From NCBI GenBank assembly GCA_022827885.1, contig JAJEIP010000008.1, positions 768 to 64,767 of the forward strand: 64,000 nt of DNA. The letters run 5' to 3'. The stretch is from Candidatus Poribacteria bacterium (GTDB lineage Bacteria; Poribacteria; WGA-4E; WGA-3G). Position 1 is the stretch's first letter; the number at the start of each line of letters is the position of its first letter. A model generated the notes under the pieces. That model saw only the letters and a list, made by a program, of their open reading frames with translations. It was not told where the DNA came from and made no database searches. The position numbers were made by a program, and so were the translations under genes. Below, piece after piece: positions 51,873 through 60,354 of this stretch.

Positions 51873-52655
51873 ATGAAAACCTATTTCTTGGCAAGTCTTG
51901 CTATCCTTCTCGCGTGCTATTATGTCGGTAGTGCTTTTGCAGCTGACAGCGGTGCGGGCGAAGTGGAAATGTTAGTATTTCCTGATGCCTATAGTGCTGG
52001 AAGCGTCAGCAATGGCGGCACAATTAGCGGCGTTGTGAAGTTTGAGGGAGACATGCCTGAAATGAAAGTACTGGAAATCACAAAAGATCAAGCAGTTTGT
52101 GGTGCTACCGAAAAGTACGATGAATCGGTCGTTGTCGGTGAAGGCAACGCTTTAAAAAATACCATTGTCTACCTCATCGACGTTTCAAAAGGCAAAGATT
52201 TTGACAAAGCCACCAAGCTGGAAATGGATCAGAAAGGCTGCAAGTTCACGCCGCATGTCCAAATTGTTCCGGTTGGTGCTCGGTTGACGATGCTCAATAC
52301 CGATAAAGTGAATCACAACGTCCATATCTTCAGCAGTATCAACAAGCCGGTTAACAAACAGCAGACGAAAAACCGCAGGAAAATGCCCCTTGCTGGTGTA
52401 AAAAAGGCGGAAGGACCCGTCTCTGTCAAATGTGACATTCACGGATGGATGTCCGCTTGGATCGCTTACATCCCGCATCCGTATTTTGCTGTGACGAATG
52501 AAAAGGGTGAATTCACACTTGAAGATGTGCCAGCGGGTACCTATAAACTCGGTTATTGGCATGAAGCATGTGGCACGAACAGCGGTTCTCCCGCTTCTGT
52601 TACCGTAGAAGCCGGTGGTAGCGTAACACAAGATTTCACACTGAAACTGAAGTGA
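51873..52655 (+). CDS. Secreted cupredoxin (type-1 Cu) with CarboxypepD_reg-like domain, paralog of 44732..45481
   Basis: HNVH...CDIHGWM ligand set. GEFTLEDVPAGTYKLGYWHEACG. The stop overlaps the GTG start of the ABC ATPase gene (GTGA). Confidence 0.65.
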   Translation: MKTYFLASLAILLACYYVGSAFAADSGAGEVEMLVFPDAYSAGSVSNGGTISGVVKFEGDMPEMKVLEITKDQAVCGATEKYDESVVVGEGNALKNTIVYLIDVSKGKDFDKATKLEMDQKGCKFTPHVQIVPVGARLTMLNTDKVNHNVHIFSSINKPVNKQQTKNRRKMPLAGVKKAEGPVSVKCDIHGWMSAWIAYIPHPYFAVTNEKGEFTLEDVPAGTYKLGYWHEACGTNSGSPASVTVEAGGSVTQDFTLKLK

Positions 52656-53563
52656 TTGACGTAGAAAATCTCTCGCATTCATATCAGAAACGACGCGCCC
52701 TTGACAAGGTCAGTTTTAGCGTCTCATGCGGCGAGATTTTCGGGCTCCTCGGACCGAACGGGAGTGGAAAAACGACCCTTTTTAAGATTTTGTCCACCCT
52801 GATGCCGATAACCTCCGGTCGTGTGCGTATCTTCGGACATAATGTGGCTGCTGAGGTGAAGACGGTTCGGGAGCTCTTAGGTGTTGTTTTTCAACACCCA
52901 GGACTCGATGGCAAGCTTACCGTCGTTGAGAATTTACGGCACCACGGACACCTGTATGGGCTCGCTGGTAAAACACTCCGTCACCGGACCTCGGAACTCC
53001 TCGAACGTTTTGGGGTCGCCGATAGAGCGAAAGAACCTGTTGAACGCTTATCAGGGGGGTTACAAAGACGCGTTGAAATCGCGAAAGCGATGCTCCATTC
53101 CCCACGTGTTCTACTTCTTGACGAACCAACGAGTGGATTGGATGTCGCTGCGCGCCGGCAGTTCAACGACGCTCTCGGTGCCCTCGCGCATACAGAAAAT
53201 ATCCTCGTTCTGTTGACAACGCATCTCCTCGATGATGCGGAGGCGTGCAACAGGGTCGGTATTCTGGATGCAGGTAGGCTCGTCGGCCTCGGACCTCCTG
53301 ACGAACTCAAGGCGCACGTCGGTGGTGATGTTGTTCTCATAGAGTGCGTAGACACTGAAGTCCTCCGCACCGGGATTGTTGAGAATTTCGGCATTTCACC
53401 AGTGCTGACCGATAATCACCTTCGGGTTGAATGTGAACGCGGACATGAGTTCGTCCGAGATTTAGTTGCCGCTTTTCCAGATGAGGTTCAATCGGTTCGA
53501 TTTGGGAAACCGACGCTGGAAGATGTGTTCATAAAATTGACGGGTCATCTAATTTTTTCTTAA
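52652..53563 (+). CDS. ABC transporter ATP-binding protein (ABC-2/NosF-like subfamily)
   Basis: GPNGSGKTT Walker A, LSGGLQRR signature and LLLDEPTSGLD Walker B. Confidence 0.9.
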   Translation: MIDVENLSHSYQKRRALDKVSFSVSCGEIFGLLGPNGSGKTTLFKILSTLMPITSGRVRIFGHNVAAEVKTVRELLGVVFQHPGLDGKLTVVENLRHHGHLYGLAGKTLRHRTSELLERFGVADRAKEPVERLSGGLQRRVEIAKAMLHSPRVLLLDEPTSGLDVAARRQFNDALGALAHTENILVLLTTHLLDDAEACNRVGILDAGRLVGLGPPDELKAHVGGDVVLIECVDTEVLRTGIVENFGISPVLTDNHLRVECERGHEFVRDLVAAFPDEVQSVRFGKPTLEDVFIKLTGHLIFS

Positions 53564-53564
53564 A

Positions 53565-54335
53565 ATGCCGATTGCAACGATATGGTGGCGTGAAATCATC
53601 AGATTTTATCGCCAGCGGAGTCGACTCTTCAGTGCTATCGCGCAACCGTTAGTATTTTGGTTGCTCATCGGAAGCGGCTTGAGTGCCTCTTTTCAGCCCT
53701 CGGGTGAAACCGGCGAGATGAGTTATATTGAGTACTTTTATCCCGGCATCGTCGTTTTGGTCTTGCTTTTTACGTCCATTTTCGCTACAATTTCTGTCGT
53801 GAATGACCGACGTGAAGGTTTTTTGCAAGGTGTACTCGTGGCTCCCGTGCCAAGATGGCAGATTGTGCTCGCACAGGCGTTAGGCGGCACGACCTTGGCA
53901 CTCTTGCAGGGTGTTCTGTTGCTATTCCTCGCACCCATGACCGACATCCGATTGGGTGCTGCGTCGCTCTTTGCCACGCTCGGTATAATGGCACTTTTGG
54001 CGTTTGGTTTGACAAACCTCGGGCTCCTCATCGCATGGCGGATGGAATCAACGCAAGGGTTTCATGCGATTATGAACCTCCTGCTGATTCCGATATGGTT
54101 ACTCTCTGGCGCGTTTTTTCCGAGCGCGGGCGTACCCAGTTGGTTAGAATGGACAATGAAATTCAATCCGTTAACGTATGGGCTTGCCGCTTTTCGGCAG
54201 AGCCTCTACCTTGACACCCCCGCGAAGGCAATTGGAGAGGGATCGGCGTGGACCCTCTCTTTGCTGATTACCGGTCTGTTTTGTGTTTTGACGTATTTAG
54301 GGGCAACGCTTACCGCGTCTGCACAGGCAAATTAA
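53565..54335 (+). CDS. ABC-2 type transporter permease
   Basis: 256 aa with 6 TM segments. The size and topology are typical of ABC-2 (NosY/NatB-like) permeases, and it lies directly after the ATPase gene. Confidence 0.75.
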   Translation: MPIATIWWREIIRFYRQRSRLFSAIAQPLVFWLLIGSGLSASFQPSGETGEMSYIEYFYPGIVVLVLLFTSIFATISVVNDRREGFLQGVLVAPVPRWQIVLAQALGGTTLALLQGVLLLFLAPMTDIRLGAASLFATLGIMALLAFGLTNLGLLIAWRMESTQGFHAIMNLLLIPIWLLSGAFFPSAGVPSWLEWTMKFNPLTYGLAAFRQSLYLDTPAKAIGEGSAWTLSLLITGLFCVLTYLGATLTASAQAN

Positions 54336-54338
54336 ATA

Positions 54339-54390
54339 GTTGTCGGTTATCGGTAGTTGATTTTCAGTTCACAACTGACAACTGATAACC
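54339..54390. repeat. Heptamer-based palindromic element upstream of coxB
   Basis: GTTGTCGGTTATCGGTAGTTG...CAACTGACAACTGATAACC. GGTTATC 54345-54351 pairs with GATAACC 54384-54390. AGTTG pairs with CAACT. Confidence 0.7.
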
Positions 54391-54407
54391 CTTAAAAGGA
54401 GAATTTA

Positions 54408-55070
54408 ATGCTTCAATGGCTCCCAGAGAACGTATCAACGTTCGGGCAAGGCGTTGATAACCTCTTTTACGGTATTTACTATCTTACCCTTGTTGTGTTC
54501 ATCCTTGTGATGGGAACCCTTATCGTTTTCCTGATTAAATATCGACATCAGGAAGGAAAAAGGGCAGATTACATTGAAGGTAGCACAACGCTGGAAATTG
54601 TCTGGACCGCCGCTACAACGGTGATTGTCTTCGGACTCGCGATGCTTAGTTACCCGCAGTGGAATAATATTAAGTCGCCAACACAATTTCCTGATAATCC
54701 AGATGTCGTCGTCCAGGTCAGTGGAAAACAGTTTAACTGGGATATGACCTACCCCGGACCTGATAACGAATTGGGAACGGATGATGACCTGAAATTGGAA
54801 AACGAATTGCATGTGCCGGTCAACGCGGTCGTGCATATCCGCTTAACCTCTGAGGATGTCATCCACAGTTTTTTTGTGCCGCAATTGCGACTGAAACAGG
54901 ATAGTTTGCCCAACCGATTTATCAACGTCTGGTTTGAGGCAACAAAAGCAGGTCGTTATGAGATTCCGTGCGCCGAATTGTGTGGATTTGGACACTCCGG
55001 GATGCTCGGGTATCTCAATGTGCATACGCAGGAAAGCTACGATGCCTGGGTGCAAGAAAGATGGCCGTAA
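54408..55070 (+). CDS. coxB: Cytochrome c oxidase subunit II (CuA, no fused cytochrome c)
   Basis: 2 TM segments plus a cupredoxin domain. VIHSFFVPQL...CAELCGFGHSGM is the CuA motif. Confidence 0.9.
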   Translation: MLQWLPENVSTFGQGVDNLFYGIYYLTLVVFILVMGTLIVFLIKYRHQEGKRADYIEGSTTLEIVWTAATTVIVFGLAMLSYPQWNNIKSPTQFPDNPDVVVQVSGKQFNWDMTYPGPDNELGTDDDLKLENELHVPVNAVVHIRLTSEDVIHSFFVPQLRLKQDSLPNRFINVWFEATKAGRYEIPCAELCGFGHSGMLGYLNVHTQESYDAWVQERWP

Positions 55071-55085
55071 AGGAGGAGAATAACG

Positions 55086-56909
55086 ATGCACGATAACGAA
55101 CATGCGTCACATCATCACGAAGAAAGTTTTATTAGCAAATATATCTTTTCGCTCGACCACAAGATGATCGGCAAGCAGTTCCTGATCTACGGACTGCTTA
55201 TGTTTTTCCTCGGTGGTGGGCTTGCACTCCTCTTTAGATGGCAACTCGCCTATCCCGAAAAACCGTTACCCATCATCGGGGCATCGGAACAGTATATGGA
55301 AGAGGGTGAAGTCGTCACCGGTGCCGACAGGATGTGGGAGAATATTTACGAATCCGAGAAAGAGGAATGGCTTGAGGTAAACATGCCCAACGGCGTCGTC
55401 GAACCGGCATTTTACAATATGCTGTTTACGATGCATGCCACCATTATGGTGTTCTTCGTCGTGGTTCCGATCTTGGTAGGGGCTTTCGGAAATTTCCTGA
55501 TTCCGTTGATGATTGGCACACGGGATATGGCGTTTCCTATCCTCAATATGCTCTCATTTTGGTTGGCTGTCCTTGCGGCAATTATTATGGTCGTCGGTTT
55601 CTTTGTCCCCGGCGGACACGCTGCAGCCGGATGGACAGGCTACGCACCCCTCTCCTCTGACCCGCAGTGGACAGGTGTTGACTGGGGACAGAACCTCTGG
55701 GCGATTAGCCTGCTCATTCAAGGGTTCTCCTCACTGGTCGGGTCTATTAACTACATTACGACGATTATCAATATGCGCGCACCTGGAATGACGTTCTTCC
55801 GACTCCCGTTGGTCATCTGGTCGCTCTTCATCGTCGCGATTCTGTTGCTACTCGCATTCCCTGTGCTGTCCTCAGCCCTTGCACTTCTCATCTTTGATAG
55901 GCTTGCGGGAACGACGTTCTTTACTGCGACCACAGAAGGCGGCGGCGATCCGCTCTTGTGGCAGCACCTCTTCTGGTTCTTCGGACACCCAGAGGTCTAT
56001 ATCCTTATCTTACCCGGCATGGGGATCGCTTCCGAATTGATTGCTGTCTTCTCACGGAAACCGATCTTCGGATATCGTTCCATGGTCTACGCAATGATCG
56101 CCATCGCGTTTCTGGGATGGATTGTGTGGGGACACCACATGTTCCAGAGCGGTATGCGACCCGGACTCGGCTCTGTGTTCATGACGACAACGATGCTCAT
56201 TGCGGTGCCGTCAGCCATCAAGACATTTAACTGGCTCGGCACAATGTTCCGAGGTGCAATCAAATTCACGACACCGATGCTCCACGGTATTGCCTTTGTT
56301 TCAATGTTTGTGATTGGTGGATTGAGCGGTATCTATATGGCAAATACGCCGGTTGATATCTTTATCCACGATACCTACTACATTGTCGCACACATTCACT
56401 ATGTTGTGTTCGGCGGAAGTCTGTTCGCTATTTTCGGGGGCATTATTTTCTGGTTCCCGAAGATGTACGGACGCTATATGAACGATGTGCTCTCCAAAAT
56501 CCATTTTTGGTTGACGTTCATCGCGTTCAACTGTACCTTCTTCCCGATGCATATTCTCGGCGTGGGTGGACACATGCGGCGTATCTCCAACCCGATGCAG
56601 TATGAATTCCTGCAGACGTTTGAGGGCATGAACATCTTTATCACGATGAGTGCGTTTACCCTTGGGTTTGCACAGTTGATATTGGTCTTTAACTTCTTCT
56701 GGAGCATGTATCGAGGAAAAGTTGCCGAACAGAACCCGTGGCAGGTGACTACCTTGGAGTGGGAGGCACCCACACCTGTCCCACACGGCAATTTCGGTCA
56801 AATTCCGACTGTCTACCGGGGTCCCTATGAATATAGTGTTCCCGGCGAAGAGGATGATTGGACCCCGCAAGCGCGGCCTGAGCATGCGCCCGCAACAAGC
56901 GGTGACTAA
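55086..56909 (+). CDS. coxA: Cytochrome c oxidase subunit I (A-type haem-copper oxidase)
   Basis: 607 aa with WFFGHPEVYILILPGMG and HHMF...VPSAIKTFNW...HDTYYIVAHIHYV. There is an insertion of about 45 aa in the first periplasmic loop. Confidence 0.95.
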   Translation: MHDNEHASHHHEESFISKYIFSLDHKMIGKQFLIYGLLMFFLGGGLALLFRWQLAYPEKPLPIIGASEQYMEEGEVVTGADRMWENIYESEKEEWLEVNMPNGVVEPAFYNMLFTMHATIMVFFVVVPILVGAFGNFLIPLMIGTRDMAFPILNMLSFWLAVLAAIIMVVGFFVPGGHAAAGWTGYAPLSSDPQWTGVDWGQNLWAISLLIQGFSSLVGSINYITTIINMRAPGMTFFRLPLVIWSLFIVAILLLLAFPVLSSALALLIFDRLAGTTFFTATTEGGGDPLLWQHLFWFFGHPEVYILILPGMGIASELIAVFSRKPIFGYRSMVYAMIAIAFLGWIVWGHHMFQSGMRPGLGSVFMTTTMLIAVPSAIKTFNWLGTMFRGAIKFTTPMLHGIAFVSMFVIGGLSGIYMANTPVDIFIHDTYYIVAHIHYVVFGGSLFAIFGGIIFWFPKMYGRYMNDVLSKIHFWLTFIAFNCTFFPMHILGVGGHMRRISNPMQYEFLQTFEGMNIFITMSAFTLGFAQLILVFNFFWSMYRGKVAEQNPWQVTTLEWEAPTPVPHGNFGQIPTVYRGPYEYSVPGEEDDWTPQARPEHAPATSGD

Positions 56910-56924
56910 TTTTCTAATATAGGC

Positions 56925-57860
56925 ATGGACGAAAAAATGAATTATAGCCCATGGCTGCACAGAATGGCGCGTCTCACCGCAGGCGCGACGTTCTTATTGA
57001 TTGTCATCGGTGGGATTGTCACGAGTACAGAATCTGGATTAGCGGTGCCTGATTGGCCGACGACCTTTGGGTATAATATGTTCCTCTATCCACTCTCAGA
57101 GATGGTAGGGGGCATCTTATACGAACATAGTCATCGGCTTATGGGCTCTCTCGTTGGACTTTTGACAGTCGGTCTCTTTGTTGCCCTTTTGGTGAGAGAT
57201 TCACGCAAATGGCTGAAATGGCTTGGGCTTGCCGCACTTGTCGCCGTCATTGTGCAAGGCGTTCTCGGTGGACTTCGGGTCACGCAGATTAATCGCAACT
57301 TTGCCATAGTGCATGCATGCCTCGCGCAAGCGTTCTTTGCCCTGCTGTGTGGAATCGCTTGGTTCACCTCTCGCGATTGGCGGCAGGACACAGGGGAACC
57401 CCTCATCGAGGCAGCACAGAAATTGCGTCGGTTAAGCCTGATTACGACATGTCTCATTTATATGCAGCTCATCTTTGGCGCGATTTTGCGGCATACTGGA
57501 AGCAGACTTGACGCACATCTTCTCTTCGCTTTCTTGGTTGCGCTGCATATCTTTTTGTTGGCAAGGCGTGTGCTTAGTGTAGAGAGTGAGACACACAGGA
57601 TTGGGCAATCGCTGTCGGTACTGTTGCTGGGTTTGCTTGTTATTCAGTTGATGCTCGGCACTGGAGCGTTTTTCGCGAAACTTACTGCTTTCGGAGAAAC
57701 ATTCGCAACCGCACTCACGGTCACGATCACAACTGCCCATGTCGCGGTCGGTGCACTTATGTTGGTGAGCAGTTTTGTGCTTACCTTAAAAATCTACCGA
57801 TTCACTGATGCATCGGTAGTGGTGGGTACATCCGCGAGTGATACGCTGGTCACAGAATGA
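56925..57860 (+). CDS. ctaA: Haem A synthase (COX15/CtaA)
   Basis: IGGIVTSTESGLAVPDWPTTFG and EHSHRLMG are COX15 signatures; 8 TM segments. Confidence 0.85.
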   Translation: MDEKMNYSPWLHRMARLTAGATFLLIVIGGIVTSTESGLAVPDWPTTFGYNMFLYPLSEMVGGILYEHSHRLMGSLVGLLTVGLFVALLVRDSRKWLKWLGLAALVAVIVQGVLGGLRVTQINRNFAIVHACLAQAFFALLCGIAWFTSRDWRQDTGEPLIEAAQKLRRLSLITTCLIYMQLIFGAILRHTGSRLDAHLLFAFLVALHIFLLARRVLSVESETHRIGQSLSVLLLGLLVIQLMLGTGAFFAKLTAFGETFATALTVTITTAHVAVGALMLVSSFVLTLKIYRFTDASVVVGTSASDTLVTE

Positions 57861-57874
57861 GGCAGATATAAAGA

Positions 57875-58810
57875 ATGCGTTCAACAACGGTAACGTTACC
57901 AAACGATACAGATACAGTGAATCCACCGTCAAAGCAGGTGACTTTTGTGCATCGCGTCGCTGACTTTATCGAACTCGTCAAACCGAGATTGGTCGTGATG
58001 ATACTCATCACGACTGCTGCGGGTTTCTATCTCGGGGCACAGCAGACAGTAGATTGGCTCCGATGTCTGCATACACTCGTTGGTGCAGGATTGACAGCGG
58101 CGGGTGTCTTGGGACTCAACCAATATCTTGAACGCGATGTAGACGCGCAGATGAAACGGACGCAGGAGAGACCGCTCCCCGGTGGTAGAATGCATCCGCT
58201 GACAGCACTGCTTATCGGTTCTGTCCTCACGGGTGGTGGGATGCTTTACCTGACAATATGGGTCAATATGTTGAGTGGTTTTGTCATTTCGCTGATAGTC
58301 GTGAGTTATCTCTTTCTCTATACGCCGCTGAAGCGGAAAACCTCACTGTGTACGCTTATCGGCGCAGTGCCCGGGGCGCTCCCGCCTGTCGTCGGATGGG
58401 TTGCTGCACGAGGGTCGCTAACAGGTGAGGCGTGGGTACTGTTTACGATACTCTTTTTGTGGCAGATACCGCACTCTCTCGCAATCGCCTACATCTATCG
58501 CGAAGACTACGCAAATGCGGGATTCCGTTTGTTGCCGGTCATTCACCCGGATGGGACGAGTACGTGTCGTCAAATTGTGGTTAACTGTGTCGCACTCCTC
58601 GGCATAGGTTTGCTACCGACGTTATACAATATCGCCGGTAGCGTCTATTTCTTCACAGCGCTGCTATCAGGGGTAGGGTTTCTGGCGGTCGGTATCTATT
58701 TAGCACGCACACGTTCGGTGAAAGCCGCACGCTATCTGTTATATGCCTCGCTGCTCTATCTGCCGTTGGTGTTTGTGACCATGGCGTTAGACAAAACAAT
58801 CGTCGTTTAA
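57875..58810 (+). CDS. ctaB: Protohaem IX farnesyltransferase (haem O synthase)
   Basis: NQYLERDVDAQMKRTQERPLPGG and YTPLKRKT are UbiA-family CyoE/CtaB motifs. Confidence 0.9.
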   Translation: MRSTTVTLPNDTDTVNPPSKQVTFVHRVADFIELVKPRLVVMILITTAAGFYLGAQQTVDWLRCLHTLVGAGLTAAGVLGLNQYLERDVDAQMKRTQERPLPGGRMHPLTALLIGSVLTGGGMLYLTIWVNMLSGFVISLIVVSYLFLYTPLKRKTSLCTLIGAVPGALPPVVGWVAARGSLTGEAWVLFTILFLWQIPHSLAIAYIYREDYANAGFRLLPVIHPDGTSTCRQIVVNCVALLGIGLLPTLYNIAGSVYFFTALLSGVGFLAVGIYLARTRSVKAARYLLYASLLYLPLVFVTMALDKTIVV

Positions 58811-58830
58811 CCGCAAGGAAAATTAAAGAG
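58811..58830 (+). repeat. Cassette 3' module only (CCGCAAGGAAAATTAAAGAG) before the DUF805 gene
   Basis: Directly between the ctaB stop and ATG 58831. Confidence 0.6.
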
Positions 58831-59196
58831 ATGGCACTATTTGAACTCCTGTTCTCGTTCAGCGGTCGGATTAATCGGGAGAAATGGTGGCTGACGCAGT
58901 TGCTGATATTCGGGGTCGGTACTATCGTTACCGCGCTTGCTGCACTTCTTGATGGGGAAGATTCTGTAGTTTATAGTCTTTGCACGCTCTGTCTTGGTTT
59001 GGCACATTGGGCTACAAGTGCCAAACGCTTTCACGATCGGGACAGATCGGGGTGGTGGATACTCATTGAGTTTACGGGTATTGGTATCTTTTGGATATTG
59101 ATTGAATTAGGGTGTCGCAGTGGAACTTACGGTCGAAACCGCTTTGGACCCGATCCATTGAAATACAAAGTTGTGAGAAATAGGGTGCGTGGATGA
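58831..59196 (+). CDS. DUF805 family membrane protein
   Basis: FSFSGRINREKWW and SAKRFHDRDRSGWW are DUF805 signatures. The ATG lies 11 nt after CCGCAAGGA. Confidence 0.65.
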   Translation: MALFELLFSFSGRINREKWWLTQLLIFGVGTIVTALAALLDGEDSVVYSLCTLCLGLAHWATSAKRFHDRDRSGWWILIEFTGIGIFWILIELGCRSGTYGRNRFGPDPLKYKVVRNRVRG

Positions 59197-59438
59197 TGGC
59201 ACAGATGAATGCACCGGAACATCGCAAGCGAAACCGTCGCCTCGGGCTTATCTTAGTTTTGTTGTTTGTAGGGTTATTTGGTATGGTGACAGCAGTAATT
59301 GTTACGGGGAGCAAAGCCCCACCAATTGTTGAAGAAGTCGCCAAGGGTATGAGTGCACCGGTTTTGGGGGCTATTGGCTTACTATTGCTTATTGTAGCAG
59401 TCGTTGAGATCGTTCTCCGAATCCTCCGAAAGACATGA
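59193..59438 (+). CDS. Small hypothetical membrane protein
   Basis: 81 aa with a basic N-terminus and 2 TM segments. It overlaps the preceding stop (ATGA). Confidence 0.35.
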   Translation: MMAQMNAPEHRKRNRRLGLILVLLFVGLFGMVTAVIVTGSKAPPIVEEVAKGMSAPVLGAIGLLLLIVAVVEIVLRILRKT

Positions 59439-59468
59439 AATAAGAAGCATCTTGATTGCGAGATTGAA

Positions 59469-60020
59469 ATGAGCAACGCACGATTGGGCATATTAGTCCT
59501 GCTCGGTGCTGAGACAATGCTGTTCTCAGGTCTCATCAGTACATTTCTCGTGTTTCGTGTCGGAAATGTCACCTGGCCCCCGCCGTCGCACATCGGGATT
59601 GAACTCCCGCGTGCGGTGACCGGTATCAACACGGCACTGCTCCTATTGAGCGGCTACACGATGTTTCAAGCACGCCGCGCAATTCAGAAGGACCGACTGA
59701 AGCTACTCCGCAATTGGCTACTGCTTACGGGCGGGCTTGGTTTGCTCTTCCTCGGTGTGCAAGGGAGCGAGTGGGTGCAGCTGATTCGCAACGGGCTGAC
59801 GCTCCAATCTGGGGTCTATGGCGGTATCTTTTATGTACTCATCGGATGCCATGCCGTCCATGTGCTGAGTGCTGTTATCTGGCTGTTCATCGTTTTTGGA
59901 ATGGCGATGGCAGGACGTTTCTCTGCTGAACGTTACGTAGGCGTTGATACCTGTGCGATCTACTGGATTTTTGTTGTCGCGCTCTGGCCAATTCTCTACG
60001 TTTTGGTATATCTCTCGTAA
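59469..60020 (+). CDS. Haem-copper oxidase subunit III-like protein (short form)
   Basis: 183 aa with 5 TM segments. GIFYVLIGCHAVHVLSAVIWL...YWIFVVALWPILY follows the subunit III pattern. Confidence 0.7.
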   Translation: MSNARLGILVLLGAETMLFSGLISTFLVFRVGNVTWPPPSHIGIELPRAVTGINTALLLLSGYTMFQARRAIQKDRLKLLRNWLLLTGGLGLLFLGVQGSEWVQLIRNGLTLQSGVYGGIFYVLIGCHAVHVLSAVIWLFIVFGMAMAGRFSAERYVGVDTCAIYWIFVVALWPILYVLVYLS

Positions 60021-60033
60021 AGGAATTGTTAGA

Positions 60034-60303
60034 ATGCATAAATTGTTTTTCTGGGCATCTATCTTGATACTCGTTATGTTCATCGTACCGATGTCTCTTG
60101 AGGCGTGTCCGGGCTGTAAAGAACTTGATGAGCCTATCAGTAAGGGTTTTAATTGGAGTATCCTTTTTCTGATGGCGATGCCGTTTACGGTTTTCGGTCT
60201 CATCGGTGGCACAGTTTATTTACATTGGAATGGTTATCGGTTATCGGTTATCGGTAGTCGGTTAAAGAAAGATTTTCTACGTATCAGAAGTCTCCTTAAC
60301 TGA
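60034..60303 (+). CDS. Small hypothetical membrane protein with CPGC motif
   Basis: ATG 60034 is preceded by AAGGA. It has 2 TM segments, and the C-terminal codons run into a heptamer repeat element. Confidence 0.35.
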   Translation: MHKLFFWASILILVMFIVPMSLEACPGCKELDEPISKGFNWSILFLMAMPFTVFGLIGGTVYLHWNGYRLSVIGSRLKKDFLRIRSLLN

Positions 60304-60327
60304 TTACTGACCGCTAACGACTGAAAC
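60232..60327. repeat. Heptamer tandem repeat (GGTTATC x3, GGTAGTC, GGTTAAA) forming a long imperfect hairpin with CTTAACTGATTACTGACC...
   Basis: Left arm 60251-60267 pairs with 60295-60310 (G-U pairs and one bulge allowed). Same GGTTAAAGA...CTTAACTG core as 32187-32321. Confidence 0.7.
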
Positions 60328-60354
60328 TTTTTTAACGGAAAGGAGTAAAATGTA

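Noticed and set aside
52652-54335. Calling the ABC pair nosF/nosY outright.
   Set aside because: No nosZ, nosD or nosL is present, and the assignment rests only on subfamily-level resemblance (ABC-2) and copper-protein context. It is kept as a hypothesis, not as a gene symbol.
56301-56960. 219-aa minus-strand ORF antisense to coxA. Similar long antisense ORFs lie at 59072..59632 (186 aa), 15641..16117, 45799..46383 and 47884..48498.
   Set aside because: Each lies entirely inside a plus-strand gene with strong family motifs (CoxA, DUF805/subunit III, TRAP permease, CydA-like, dihaem cytochrome). Their translations are Arg/Ser/Pro-rich with no recognisable motif, which is typical of shadow ORFs.
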